This document shows, in pieces, positions 52,647 through 61,314 of a stretch of DNA of 64,000 nucleotides. The notes beneath the pieces were generated by a model. That model saw only the letters and a list, made by a program, of their open reading frames with translations. It searched no databases and was not told where the DNA came from. Each line of letters starts with the position of its first letter. The first letter of the stretch is position 1. The DNA comes from Parcubacteria group bacterium (GTDB taxonomy: Bacteria > Patescibacteriota > Minisyncoccia > Moranbacterales > UBA2206): NCBI GenBank assembly GCA_041659505.1, contig JBAZYF010000001.1, positions 101,475-165,474 of the forward strand, given 5' to 3'. Both the position numbers and the translations under genes were made by a program.

Positions 52647-52785
52647 TGTCATCCTGAGCGTAGTCCGTACTCGGACGAAGTCGAAGGATCTGCTATCGAA
52701 TATCGTTAGCTTCATATCTAAAGGCTAAGTGTTGGGTTACGCAAAGCAGATTCTTCGACTCCGCTGCGCTGCGCTCAGAATGACA
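52647..52785. mobile_element. REPIN-like element (TGTCATCCTGAGCG family)
   Basis: tgtcatcctgagcg...gtcgaaggatctgct ... gcagattcttcgact...cgctcagaatgaca. Confidence 0.75.
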
Positions 52786-52851
52786 ATTGCGATTTTTCAT
52801 ACACAAGAGTAAAGTTATATTAATTAACTAATTCATTAGAACGAAAAAATT

Positions 52852-53358
52852 ATGCGTTACGAACTGTTCTATCTCGTCGGTGTTTCGAAAGAAGTCGACT
52901 TGGATAAAATCAAGGCTGAGGTAGACGAAATTGTCACCAGCCACGCGGGTGTTTTTGAAGAAAAGATGACCCAGGAAAAAAGAAAGATGGCTTATAAGAT
53001 CAAAAAGGACACTCATGGCATTTATGTAGCCAAGCGGTTTTCCACTGAAGAACCGGCTAACGTCCCGGAAATCATCAACAAGCTCAATCTCCACCCGGGA
53101 GTTTTGCGTTTCATCATCAGCGATGCATCGGAACTGCCAGAACTGAAAACGAAAGAAGAGCGCATCGAGCAAGAAGAAAAAAGAGGTGAAGTAGAAAAAA
53201 TGCGCGAGGCGAAAAAAGAAGCGGAAGAGCTAGAAAAAAATCCGGTCAAAAAAGAAGAAGTAGCCCCAGCCGCTCCAAAGACCCCAGAAGAAGTCACCCA
53301 AAAAGCCGAAGACGCCGAGGCGTTGGATAAAAAACTGGACGAAATTCTCAACAGCTAG
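52852..53358 (+). CDS. rpsF: 30S ribosomal protein S6 with a long charged tail
   Basis: MRYEL, RKMAYKIKK, VLRFII; first gene of rpsF-ssb-rpsR. Confidence 0.88.
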   Translation: MRYELFYLVGVSKEVDLDKIKAEVDEIVTSHAGVFEEKMTQEKRKMAYKIKKDTHGIYVAKRFSTEEPANVPEIINKLNLHPGVLRFIISDASELPELKTKEERIEQEEKRGEVEKMREAKKEAEELEKNPVKKEEVAPAAPKTPEEVTQKAEDAEALDKKLDEILNS

Positions 53359-53422
53359 TTTTTATTAATTATTAAGTATAGACGACCTGCAATTGCGGGA
53401 CGTCTCTACCGATAACAAAAAT

Positions 53423-53905
53423 ATGAACATCAACAAAGTGATCCTCGTCGGAAGATTGACTCGGGATCCCGAAGTAAGAACTACAACTACCGGACAAACT
53501 GTCACTTCCATCTCAATTGCTACTAACCGCTTCTGGAAAGACAAGAACGGACAAAAGCAAGACCAGACAGAATTCCACAATGTCGTACTTTGGGGCAAGC
53601 TCGGTGAAATTGCCGGACAATATCTGACAAAAGGACAAGAAGCCTATTTCGAAGGTAGAATGTCCACAAGGAAATATACTGGAAAAGATGGCACTGAACG
53701 ACGCACAACCGAAGTAGTCGCCGAGAATATGCAACTGGGATCGCGCGCCGGACAAGGTGGCGGACAAGCAGCGGGAACTTACAACAAACCGATTGCTGCT
53801 CCAGCGCAAGCTCAAAGTCCACAAGCACCATCTTCAGAAGAAATCCCCACGATAAATCTTGATGAAGAGGAAGACGAGGTGAGAATTGAGGACGTACCAT
53901 TTTAG
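53423..53905 (+). CDS. ssb: Single-stranded DNA-binding protein
   Basis: NKVILVGRLTRDPE; C-terminal EDVPF. Confidence 0.97.
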   Translation: MNINKVILVGRLTRDPEVRTTTTGQTVTSISIATNRFWKDKNGQKQDQTEFHNVVLWGKLGEIAGQYLTKGQEAYFEGRMSTRKYTGKDGTERRTTEVVAENMQLGSRAGQGGGQAAGTYNKPIAAPAQAQSPQAPSSEEIPTINLDEEEDEVRIEDVPF

Positions 53906-53908
53906 TAA

Positions 53909-54067
53909 TTCCTCCTCTCCCTTAGGGAGAGGATGTCACATACTCGTGACAGGTGAGGGAAAAGGGCTAAAAAATTATAGGTAAACTAACTAAAATTAGT
54001 CTTTCTATAACATCAAGTCCCCTCCCTCATCCGCCCTTCGGGCACCTTCTCCCTAAGGGAGAAGGGG
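53909..54067. repeat. Inverted pair of BoxC-like palindromes
   Basis: Mirrors the pair upstream of DUF559 (23658-23812), including spacer similarity. Confidence 0.8.
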
Positions 54068-54098
54068 TAATTCGTTTAATTTGTAAGTAATTTAAAGT

Positions 54099-54341
54099 AT
54101 GTATAACAATCGCAACAGCAACGAAATCAGCGTGCCGGAGAAAAAACTCTGCCACTTCTGCCAGAATCGGATCGAAAAGATCGATTTCAAGGATGCCTAT
54201 TTCATCCGCCGTTTTATGAATTCTCAAGGCAAGATTTATCCACCAAAGCGTCATGGAACCTGCACCAAACACCAAAGAGTGCTCACGAACGCGATCAAAA
54301 AAGCCCGCGTCATGGCGCTGGTGCCTTTTGTGGCAAGATAG
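54099..54341 (+). CDS. rpsR: 30S ribosomal protein S18 (zinc-binding form)
   Basis: CHFC, IDFKD, C.KHQR..AIKKAR.MALVPF. Confidence 0.95.
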   Translation: MYNNRNSNEISVPEKKLCHFCQNRIEKIDFKDAYFIRRFMNSQGKIYPPKRHGTCTKHQRVLTNAIKKARVMALVPFVAR

Positions 54342-54360
54342 CCTTTTAGTGTCATTAAAA

Positions 54361-54453
54361 GCAGGTTCGAGTTTGTAACTCGAACCTCATAGTTTACTAG
54401 CTAAATCTGTTCTATGGTAAACTAAAAGGACCGGGTTACAAACCCGCTCCTGC
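54361..54453. repeat. REP doublet (GCAGG...CCTGC)
   Basis: gcaggttcgagtttgtaactcgaacct ... ccgggttacaaacccgctcctgc. Confidence 0.7.
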
Positions 54454-54475
54454 GAAATTAAATAAAAAAATATTT

Positions 54476-55033
54476 ATGATTGGAATTTCAGATATCAAGA
54501 CTGGGAAAAATATCATCTTGAATGGGATGCCATTTGCCGTGCTTTACCACGAACACTCCAAGACCGGACGCGCGGGATCAGTGCTGCGCACGCGCCTCAA
54601 GAACCTGACGACCGGAGCGGTCCTCGAAAAAACCTTTCAAGGTGCCGAACATGTGGAAGAAGCGACGATCACCAAATCCAAAGCCCAGTTTCTCTACAAA
54701 GAAAACACCGATTATTGTTTTATGGATAACGAATCCTACGAACAATTCTCGCTTTCCACGGAAACACTGGGAGATAATGTGGATTACTTGACCGAAGGAA
54801 CGGAAGTGATGTTTCTCAATTTTGAAGGTAACGCAATCAACATCGAACTGCCGGTCAAGATGAAACTGAAAGTGACTGAAGCGCCACCAGGCATCAAAGG
54901 CAATACCGTTTCCACTGGAGGCAAAATGGTCACCCTAGAAACCGGTAAAAAAATCTCCACTCCTCTTTTCGTTGAAGCTGGAGATGAAATTATCGTCAAC
55001 ACGGAAAAGGGTGAATATGTCAGTCGAGCGTAA
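54476..55033 (+). CDS. efp: Elongation factor P
   Basis: FMDNESYEQ, PGIKGNT, LETG, GEYVSRA; loop KTGRAG. Confidence 0.96.
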   Translation: MIGISDIKTGKNIILNGMPFAVLYHEHSKTGRAGSVLRTRLKNLTTGAVLEKTFQGAEHVEEATITKSKAQFLYKENTDYCFMDNESYEQFSLSTETLGDNVDYLTEGTEVMFLNFEGNAINIELPVKMKLKVTEAPPGIKGNTVSTGGKMVTLETGKKISTPLFVEAGDEIIVNTEKGEYVSRA

Positions 55034-55130
55034 AATTAGAATTTATTCGTAGAGACGCCCCGCTGGGCGTCTTTAAAAACCAGTTATTTTACAAAATACT
55101 TTTAGGGGAGTCAAAGGAAAGGAGAGCGAT

Positions 55131-55526
55131 ATGAAAGATGAGAATAGCACCGGGAATAAAGGCCCCGAGCGCATACTCAAGATCGGACATAACATGTACA
55201 CGACCTTGGAAGCGCAACAGCTCAAGGCAAGAATAAAATCTCCTGATTTGATGGACATTGAACCAATAACTGCGGGCGAACTTATTGAGCAACCAAAAGA
55301 GAAAACGCAAAGTCCCGCAAAAAAACGTAGAAAAAAGTACTTCAACGGAAGGGGGCCATTTTCCAAGATTAACCAATTAACAACCACTATCGGCATGATT
55401 AATGCCGTAACTAACCATGGCCTGGGCGGAGATGGATTTAGTGCCATCAGAAGCTCCGAAATTGCCCAAGGCGTATCAGAATATTACAAGATCGCCACCG
55501 ATCTAAATTATGGGAAAATAAAATGA
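55131..55526 (+). CDS. Hypothetical protein
   Basis: SD-like AAGGAG; hairpin downstream. Confidence 0.5.
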   Translation: MKDENSTGNKGPERILKIGHNMYTTLEAQQLKARIKSPDLMDIEPITAGELIEQPKEKTQSPAKKRRKKYFNGRGPFSKINQLTTTIGMINAVTNHGLGGDGFSAIRSSEIAQGVSEYYKIATDLNYGKIK

Positions 55527-55610
55527 TTTATCCAAAATCGACTCCCTGAAAAAAGGGGAACAGCGATTCCCCTCCCCTAAAAGTATTTGGTGAAAATTAA
55601 CTATCCGAGT

Positions 55611-56231
55611 TTAAATCCCCACCAACCGATTGACTTCTTTTTGAATCACTTTTTTTATTTCTTCCCAATCCGCCCTTTGGAGCATCACAGGAGATGCTTC
55701 ATTTTGTGCGTCCTCAAAATAGACAAGACTTTTCAAAATATGCATCTTATTGTAGTGGATATTGGCGTATCTTTTTTCAAAAAATCCGATAATTTCTTCC
55801 AAAGAATATTTTTTCAATAAAAAATACAGATCAATAAAATCTTTTTTGCTTCCTCGTGACGAGATAGCATCAACTTTCATCGCCGCGATATCCCGCTCAT
55901 CCGCCAGTTTTGCATCCTCAAAAGCAATAAAGGGAAATAGTGGCGAATAATTATAATATAAAAATGTTATTTTCACCCCATCCAAAATTCCATGCAAAGT
56001 TCCTGGGGCTTCGCTAACCACTTCAAAATTACCAGTATCTGCCAACTGGCCTTTTAATTTTCCCAAACTAAACTCTTTTTCCGTAAACCAATCCAAATCA
56101 ATCGACTCACGTTGGCCAAGTTGAATTGCCAAGGCTGTTCCGCCAGCCAGATAAAAATCTTTGACGATGCCGGATGAGACTAGTTTGTCCAAAACGGACT
56201 GAGTTTTTTTTGTGATTGCTTCTTTGTGCAT
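55611..56231 (-). CDS. AbiEii/AbiGii-family nucleotidyltransferase toxin
   Basis: YLAGGTALA..LG.RES.DLD, MK..AI..RG.KKDFIDLY. Confidence 0.9.
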   Translation of the reverse strand: MHKEAITKKTQSVLDKLVSSGIVKDFYLAGGTALAIQLGQRESIDLDWFTEKEFSLGKLKGQLADTGNFEVVSEAPGTLHGILDGVKITFLYYNYSPLFPFIAFEDAKLADERDIAAMKVDAISSRGSKKDFIDLYFLLKKYSLEEIIGFFEKRYANIHYNKMHILKSLVYFEDAQNEASPVMLQRADWEEIKKVIQKEVNRLVGI

Positions 56232-56470
56232 TCTATTTGTGATAAATTAAAATATTGGCACCAAAAAAACTGCGACTTCGGATTCAGCTTATTACTTTCA
56301 AGCGCATATTGCTTTAGCTTCTCCTTGCCATATTGCTCACTTGCCCACCGCACATCATCTGTGTCGCCAAAAGCCAAAATTCTCTCCACGACGAATTTTT
56401 CATTTTTTTGAGCATTTAGTTCTTTTAGGTCAACATCCCAAAAAAGGGCTGTTTTTTGTAGTGTTTCCAT
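56180..56470 (-). CDS. DUF6922-like putative antitoxin
   Basis: LFWDVD...FVVERIL.FG..D; overlaps the toxin start. Confidence 0.75.
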   Translation of the reverse strand: METLQKTALFWDVDLKELNAQKNEKFVVERILAFGDTDDVRWASEQYGKEKLKQYALESNKLNPKSQFFWCQYFNLSQIECTKKQSQKKLSPFWTN

Positions 56471-56549
56471 ATCTTCAATTATAGCACAAAATCACCAAAA
56501 AATCCAGCTTTCTATTGTAAGCGCTAGAAATACTTGCTAGACTAGTCTT

Positions 56550-56996
56550 ATGGGCGTACTTGCAATCAACAAAAGAGCCAATTTTGACTATTCCCTCCTG
56601 GATCAGTATGAGGCTGGTTTGGTTTTGAGCGGACAGGAGGTCAAATCGGCCCGATCAGGCCAAGTCAGTCTGAAAGAAAGCTTTGTGACGCTCAAAGGCA
56701 CGGAATTATACCTTACTAACGCCTACATTGCACCATATAAGCAAGCGGGGCTAAAACAGGTCAATGATCCGACCCGCGCGAGAAAACTGCTCCTGCGAAA
56801 GTCAGAAATCCGCCAATTGATTGGAAAAGTCCGCACAGAAGGCTTGACATTAGTGCCACTTAGGTTGTATACTAAGAAACGACTATTGAAGTTATCTTTT
56901 GCCGTGGGAAAAGGCAAAAAGAAGTTCGATAAGCGCGAGGATTTAGCCAAAAAAGAGGCCAAACGGAATATTGATAGGGCGCTCAAGAATTCTTAA
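56550..56996 (+). CDS. smpB: SsrA-binding protein
   Basis: NKRANFDY, EAGLVLSGQEVKS, RKLLL, GKKKFDKRE. Confidence 0.97.
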   Translation: MGVLAINKRANFDYSLLDQYEAGLVLSGQEVKSARSGQVSLKESFVTLKGTELYLTNAYIAPYKQAGLKQVNDPTRARKLLLRKSEIRQLIGKVRTEGLTLVPLRLYTKKRLLKLSFAVGKGKKKFDKREDLAKKEAKRNIDRALKNS

Positions 56997-57099
56997 CTTT
57001 TGCAGTTTCTGATATCTAAATAAATAATCTCTGTGCTTGGAAATTAGGGCAATTGGGATTTGTTTAGAAATTAGAAATTGAAAATTAGAAATTATACCT

Positions 57100-57526
57100 G
57101 GGGATGCCTGGTTTCGACAGGTTGTACGTTTAAAATATGCAAGCCGAGCTCTTATAGCTGCTCGTAAAACCGCTATTAAAGTTATAAGTGTAAACTTACT
57201 AACAAAAGCAAAAACTGCGATTGCGCAAGCTTTCACAGTCAACTTTGCTACCGCTCTTGCCTAATACTAGTCTTTACTAGTTAGGGCACCAGCCATCGGA
57301 CTTATTTTCGCCCAAGAGGTAAAATCCGGTGTCACATCATTGGGCTAGCTCTCGATATTTTTCTTGACGATCAAGAGCAAAACTAAAGTCAGGGATAGAT
57401 CGGAAAGGTTTTGTTCGCCATTCACTTTTCGATCGACCCGCCTCGTGCGGAAAATAAGGCGGAATAAGCTTGTAGTATATTTTGAATGAATAATTTTGGA
57501 CGCGAGTTCAACTCTCGCCATCTCCA
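57100..57526 (+). ncRNA. ssrA: tmRNA
   Basis: 5' GGGGATG..GGTTTCGAC; 3' T-arm GCGAG-TTCAACT-CTCGC plus CATCTCCA; tag ORF 57190-57264 ending ALA-stop; follows smpB. Confidence 0.93.
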
Positions 57527-57619
57527 CAAAATATTTCAATACTATTTGAAATATACGAGTAATGGGTTTCCGCCCAAGGCGGATCAGCCTCGGGCTGACA
57601 ACTCCCATCATCTCCACAA

Positions 57620-57728
57620 CTACGAATTACGAATTTATACGAATGTACTAACGCGTGAATCGCTTAGCGTATAAATAATATAAAGTTTATATATTTTTCG
57701 TACATTCGTACCAATTCGTAATTCGTAG
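57620..57728. repeat. Inverted array of TACGAAT 7-mers
   Basis: ctacgaattacgaatttatacgaat ... attcgtaccaattcgtaattcgtag. Confidence 0.75.
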
Positions 57729-57760
57729 AGAATACGAAACATAATCATTAAATTAAAGCT

Positions 57761-58312
57761 ATCAGACGAACACCCTACAAACGACCAGTGGTCAGAAAAG
57801 GACCGATCACGAGAATCAACGATCAGATCCGCGTACCGGAAGTGCGGGTTATTCGTGATTCTGATAATGCGCAATTGGGCGTCATCCCGACCAGCCAAGC
57901 CTTGGAGCTGGCACATGACGAAGGACTTGATCTCGTGGAAATCGCTCCTCAAGCCAAACCTCCGGTTTGCAAGATTATGGATTTTGGAAAATTTCAATAC
58001 CAAAAATCTCGTTTGGAAAGAGTGAATAAGACCAAGCAGAAAAAATCCGAAGTGAAAGGCATCCGATTGGGAGTTCGTACCGATACGCACGATTTGGAAT
58101 TTAAGAAAGCCCAAGCAGAAAAATTTTTGAAAAAAGGCGCTAAGGTGAAAGTAGAACTAACAATGCGTGGAAGAGAAAAGGCCCATCAAGATCTGGCTCG
58201 GGCCAATCTGAAACAGTTCCTCCATGAGATCGCGATCCCCTACAAGATCGAACAAGAGATCAAGCGCTATCCAGGAGGATTCAATGCTATTATCGCTCCG
58301 GACGAAGAATAG
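57761..58312 (+). CDS. infC: Translation initiation factor IF-3 (probable non-AUG start)
   Basis: INDQIR..EVR, LDLVEIAP.AKPPVCKIMDFGK. In-frame ATT 57752 and ATC 57761, with no ATG near the 5' end. Confidence 0.95.
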   Translation: MRRTPYKRPVVRKGPITRINDQIRVPEVRVIRDSDNAQLGVIPTSQALELAHDEGLDLVEIAPQAKPPVCKIMDFGKFQYQKSRLERVNKTKQKKSEVKGIRLGVRTDTHDLEFKKAQAEKFLKKGAKVKVELTMRGREKAHQDLARANLKQFLHEIAIPYKIEQEIKRYPGGFNAIIAPDEE

Positions 58313-58318
58313 CTCCAT

Positions 58319-58390
58319 TCCCCTTCGCCCCTAGGGAGAAGCCTGCCTGCCGGTAGGCAGGGTGGCCAAAGGCCGGATGAGGGAAAGGGC
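58319..58390. repeat. BoxC-like palindrome with a nested 20-bp palindrome
   Basis: Similar to 23240-23290 with cctgcctgccggtaggcagg added at 58342-58361. Confidence 0.8.
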
Positions 58391-58448
58391 TAAATAATAT
58401 AGAAAACATTTTTTAAGATAAATAATTATTGAGTTAGATTTTAAATTT

Positions 58449-58643
58449 ATGCCAAAGCTAAAAACGAAAAAAGCGCTTGCCAAGAAGATCAAGATAACGA
58501 AAAACAAAAAGGTGATCCGCCGATCAACTGGACAAAACCACTATAACTCGAAAGAAAACGGCAAGGTCGGACGAGAGAAAAAGGGCGACAAAAGACTCTT
58601 CAAAGCTGATGAGAAAAATGTCCTAAAGAGAATGCACTGTTAA
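58449..58643 (+). CDS. rpmI: 50S ribosomal protein L35
   Basis: MPKLKTKK; located between infC and rplT. Confidence 0.9.
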   Translation: MPKLKTKKALAKKIKITKNKKVIRRSTGQNHYNSKENGKVGREKKGDKRLFKADEKNVLKRMHC

Positions 58644-58724
58644 ATTGTTAAATGGTTACATTGTTTCATTGCTAATATATTTTCATAACCATTTAGCAAT
58701 TTAACAATATAACAATGTAAATAT

Positions 58725-59069
58725 ATGACTAGAGTAAAACGCGGAATGGCCGCCTCAAAAAGAAGAAAGAATCTCTTGGAAGACGCCAAAGGTTTCAAAT
58801 GGAGAAGAAGTACTAATTATCGCGCCGCCAAAGAAGCTGTGATCAAAGCGGGCTCTTATGCTTTCCGCGATCGCCGAGCGAAAAAGCGCGTGATGCGAAA
58901 ATTGTGGATCACAAGGCTCAATATTGCTCTTCGCGAATTGGGATTCAAATACAGCCAATTTATTAAAATTATGGCTGACAAAAAAATTGAGCTAGATCGC
59001 AAAGTGCTTTCTCAGATGGCCGTAACTGAACCGAAAGTTTTTGCTAAGTTGATCGAGTCGGTGAAATAG
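58725..59069 (+). CDS. rplT: 50S ribosomal protein L20
   Basis: MTRVKRG, YAFRDRR.KKR..RKLWI.R.N, LDRKVL. Confidence 0.97.
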   Translation: MTRVKRGMAASKRRKNLLEDAKGFKWRRSTNYRAAKEAVIKAGSYAFRDRRAKKRVMRKLWITRLNIALRELGFKYSQFIKIMADKKIELDRKVLSQMAVTEPKVFAKLIESVK

Positions 59070-59087
59070 ATTTTATTTCAACATTTT

Positions 59088-59114
59088 TAAAACCCCGCAT
59101 GAGCGGGGTTTTTT
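59088..59114 (+). terminator. Intrinsic terminator
   Basis: aaaaccccgc-atga-gcggggtttttt. Confidence 0.85.
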
Positions 59115-59117
59115 GAT

Positions 59118-59320
59118 GTGTCATTCCCGCGACCGCGTGCCGCCTTAGCTTTAGCGGTGGAGCAAGGCGGGAATCCAGTTTCCACTAGTTATCAACTCTG
59201 GAAAATCGAGATGCAAGTCCAGCAAGCTCTCAATTTCAGTTAGTCTTGAATTTCAATAATTCGTTTTTTCTTAATTTAAGATCTGAGGTGCCTGGATCCC
59301 CGCCTTCGCGGGGATGACAC
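59118..59320. mobile_element. REPIN/MITE-like element, copy 2, with a nested 32-bp insert
   Basis: 203 bp = the 171-bp copy-1 architecture plus an insert at 59132-59163. Confidence 0.8.
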
Positions 59321-59332
59321 AAGAGAAAAACA

Positions 59333-59533
59333 TTACCTCTTCTTCCCCAAAATCACCTCACGGATCAAACGTCGGAGGCCATAAAAGGGCAACCAGATCC
59401 AGAGTGTTTTTTTGAACCAGGTGTTCCAAAAAGCATTGGGATTGGTGGCGAAATAATCAAAGACAAGGTAGAGGATGAAAAAAAGCAGAATGAATGGTCC
59501 AAACATCAGCACATAGGCATCAAATATATTCAT
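59333..59533 (-). CDS. Small membrane protein
   Basis: 66 aa, hydrophobic, co-oriented with the upstream operon. Confidence 0.65.
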   Translation of the reverse strand: MNIFDAYVLMFGPFILLFFILYLVFDYFATNPNAFWNTWFKKTLWIWLPFYGLRRLIREVILGKKR

Positions 59534-59553
59534 GAATTTGGCTAAAAAATAAA

Positions 59554-60273
59554 TTAATTTTTATTATTAATCTCATAGAGCACGTCTTTTTTCTCCACCA
59601 TAATTTTCCAGCCTTTCTTTTGAGCGATCTGGCGCAGATTCAAATCGGGATTGAAAGCGATCGGCGCATCGACCAGTTCCAAAAATGATGCGTCAGATTG
59701 CGTATCACCAATCCCAAAAGATCCGACCAGCGAGATATCATTTTCTGCCACAAACTGCTTCACGACTGAACCCTTGTCATGCGTCGGCTCAAAGACAGTT
59801 TTCCCCGTATAAAGCTTATTTTTGTCGATTTCATAGACACTGCCATAGTAAGCATCAAATTGGAGAATTTCGGCATATTCTTTCACGATCTCGATCGGTG
59901 AACCGGAAATCATGAGCATCACGTGGTCATGGCGCATCTCTTCAATAATTTTTTTAGCAAAGATGTAGGTCCGCTTGGCATTGAAATCAGCCACTACCTT
60001 TGCCGCCTTGATGATATCCTCCTGACTCTTGCCTTTTAGATTTTTTTCATATAAATCCACTAGTTTCACGCGATACGCCTCATAGGTCCCCTCGTTGTCC
60101 AGCCAGTGGCCATAGAGAGTCATTAGTTCACTACGGACAGTTTTGGGAAATATCTTCATCCAAGACAATTCGTTCAAAAGTTCAAAAGCTAAATTTTTAC
60201 GAAAAATCGTACCATCAATATCAAAAATAGCAATTTTTTTCTTATGCATTTTTTTGCAGATTTCTTTGATCAT
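59554..60273 (-). CDS. HAD-IB (SerB-like) hydrolase
   Basis: FDIDGT, ISGSP, GDTQSD, NPD. Confidence 0.9.
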   Translation of the reverse strand: MIKEICKKMHKKKIAIFDIDGTIFRKNLAFELLNELSWMKIFPKTVRSELMTLYGHWLDNEGTYEAYRVKLVDLYEKNLKGKSQEDIIKAAKVVADFNAKRTYIFAKKIIEEMRHDHVMLMISGSPIEIVKEYAEILQFDAYYGSVYEIDKNKLYTGKTVFEPTHDKGSVVKQFVAENDISLVGSFGIGDTQSDASFLELVDAPIAFNPDLNLRQIAQKKGWKIMVEKKDVLYEINNKN

Positions 60274-60280
60274 GCTTTTT

Positions 60281-60949
60281 TCAAAATCTTAGATATTTAT
60301 CCCAATGCGCATACAGCTCGGCAGTCGTGGCCAGATCGCGCGCACAATACCTGGCAATCTCCAAATACTTTCCTGCCTGATAGAGCTCACCTACCATATC
60401 TCCTGTAATACCTTCGTCTTTGGAACTAACGATTCCGAAAAATTTAGCATAAAAATCCAAATTGTACCGGCGCGTCGCTCCATAAAAAGTCAACTGCTCT
60501 AAGAGATCGCAATGTGTCACGTGGGAATAACGATAACCGAAAAGATTCTTGGCGGGATGAATTTCATGTTTGGCACTGCGAAGTGCCAGAAACGGTCCGT
60601 CGAAACTACGCCCGTTGAACGTGATGATCTGGTCATAGCTTTGCATCAGTTCCCAAAATTTTTCCAAGATTTCTCTTTCTGTCCCACTCACATATTTCAC
60701 TCCATTTTCTTCAAATTCAATTTTTTCTTCGCCCTTATTTTGAAAAAGGATCAGCCCCTTTAACGTGCCCGGATTAAGCATCCCAATCGTTACAATCTCG
60801 CCCGTGAGAGGGCTAAGCCCCAGGCGCTTTTTCACTTCATCCTGCTCTTCATCATCTTTGGCGTATTTGAGCAGATACTCCTGCGTTTCCCTTTCCAACG
60901 CCTCAAAATCAAAACCGATCGTCTCGATATCAACAACAATTCTTGCCAT
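60281..60949 (-). CDS. RNase H-fold 3'-5' exonuclease (PolB-exo-like)
   Basis: DIET, FNGRSFD, HCDL, YCARD. Confidence 0.88.
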   Translation of the reverse strand: MARIVVDIETIGFDFEALERETQEYLLKYAKDDEEQDEVKKRLGLSPLTGEIVTIGMLNPGTLKGLILFQNKGEEKIEFEENGVKYVSGTEREILEKFWELMQSYDQIITFNGRSFDGPFLALRSAKHEIHPAKNLFGYRYSHVTHCDLLEQLTFYGATRRYNLDFYAKFFGIVSSKDEGITGDMVGELYQAGKYLEIARYCARDLATTAELYAHWDKYLRF

Positions 60950-61005
60950 AAAATTATCTTGAACTGAAATTGTTTAGGCTTTTTTAGTATTCAATTTATT
61001 TCTGT

Positions 61006-61284
61006 CTATTCTTCCCCGTTCGCTTCCATCAAATCTACACCATGCTTCTTATGTATCAAACGCAATTCATCAAATCTTTTGACTTGCAATGTAATTTTTC
61101 TTATTGCCTCAGGATCTCCTTTTGTCACTGTATCATATAGCAGTTCCATTAATGATTTTTTATATTCTTCCCAGTCTATACTTTTATCAGCTTTAAGTTC
61201 TTCCCTGACAGTCTCCATGAAAAACAACCCTGGGTCATCTGCTTTTTTTTCGATCCCCCTATTTTCTCCAAACAATTCTACCAT
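61006..61284 (-). CDS. Hypothetical protein
   Basis: 92-aa ORF filling a gap in a co-oriented run. Confidence 0.55.
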   Translation of the reverse strand: MVELFGENRGIEKKADDPGLFFMETVREELKADKSIDWEEYKKSLMELLYDTVTKGDPEAIRKITLQVKRFDELRLIHKKHGVDLMEANGEE

Positions 61285-61314
61285 ATTTTTTTCTTTAATA
61301 ATTACACATCTATT

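Noticed and set aside
57495-57530. tRNA gene
   Set aside because: This T-arm and acceptor stem belong to the tmRNA; there is no anticodon arm.
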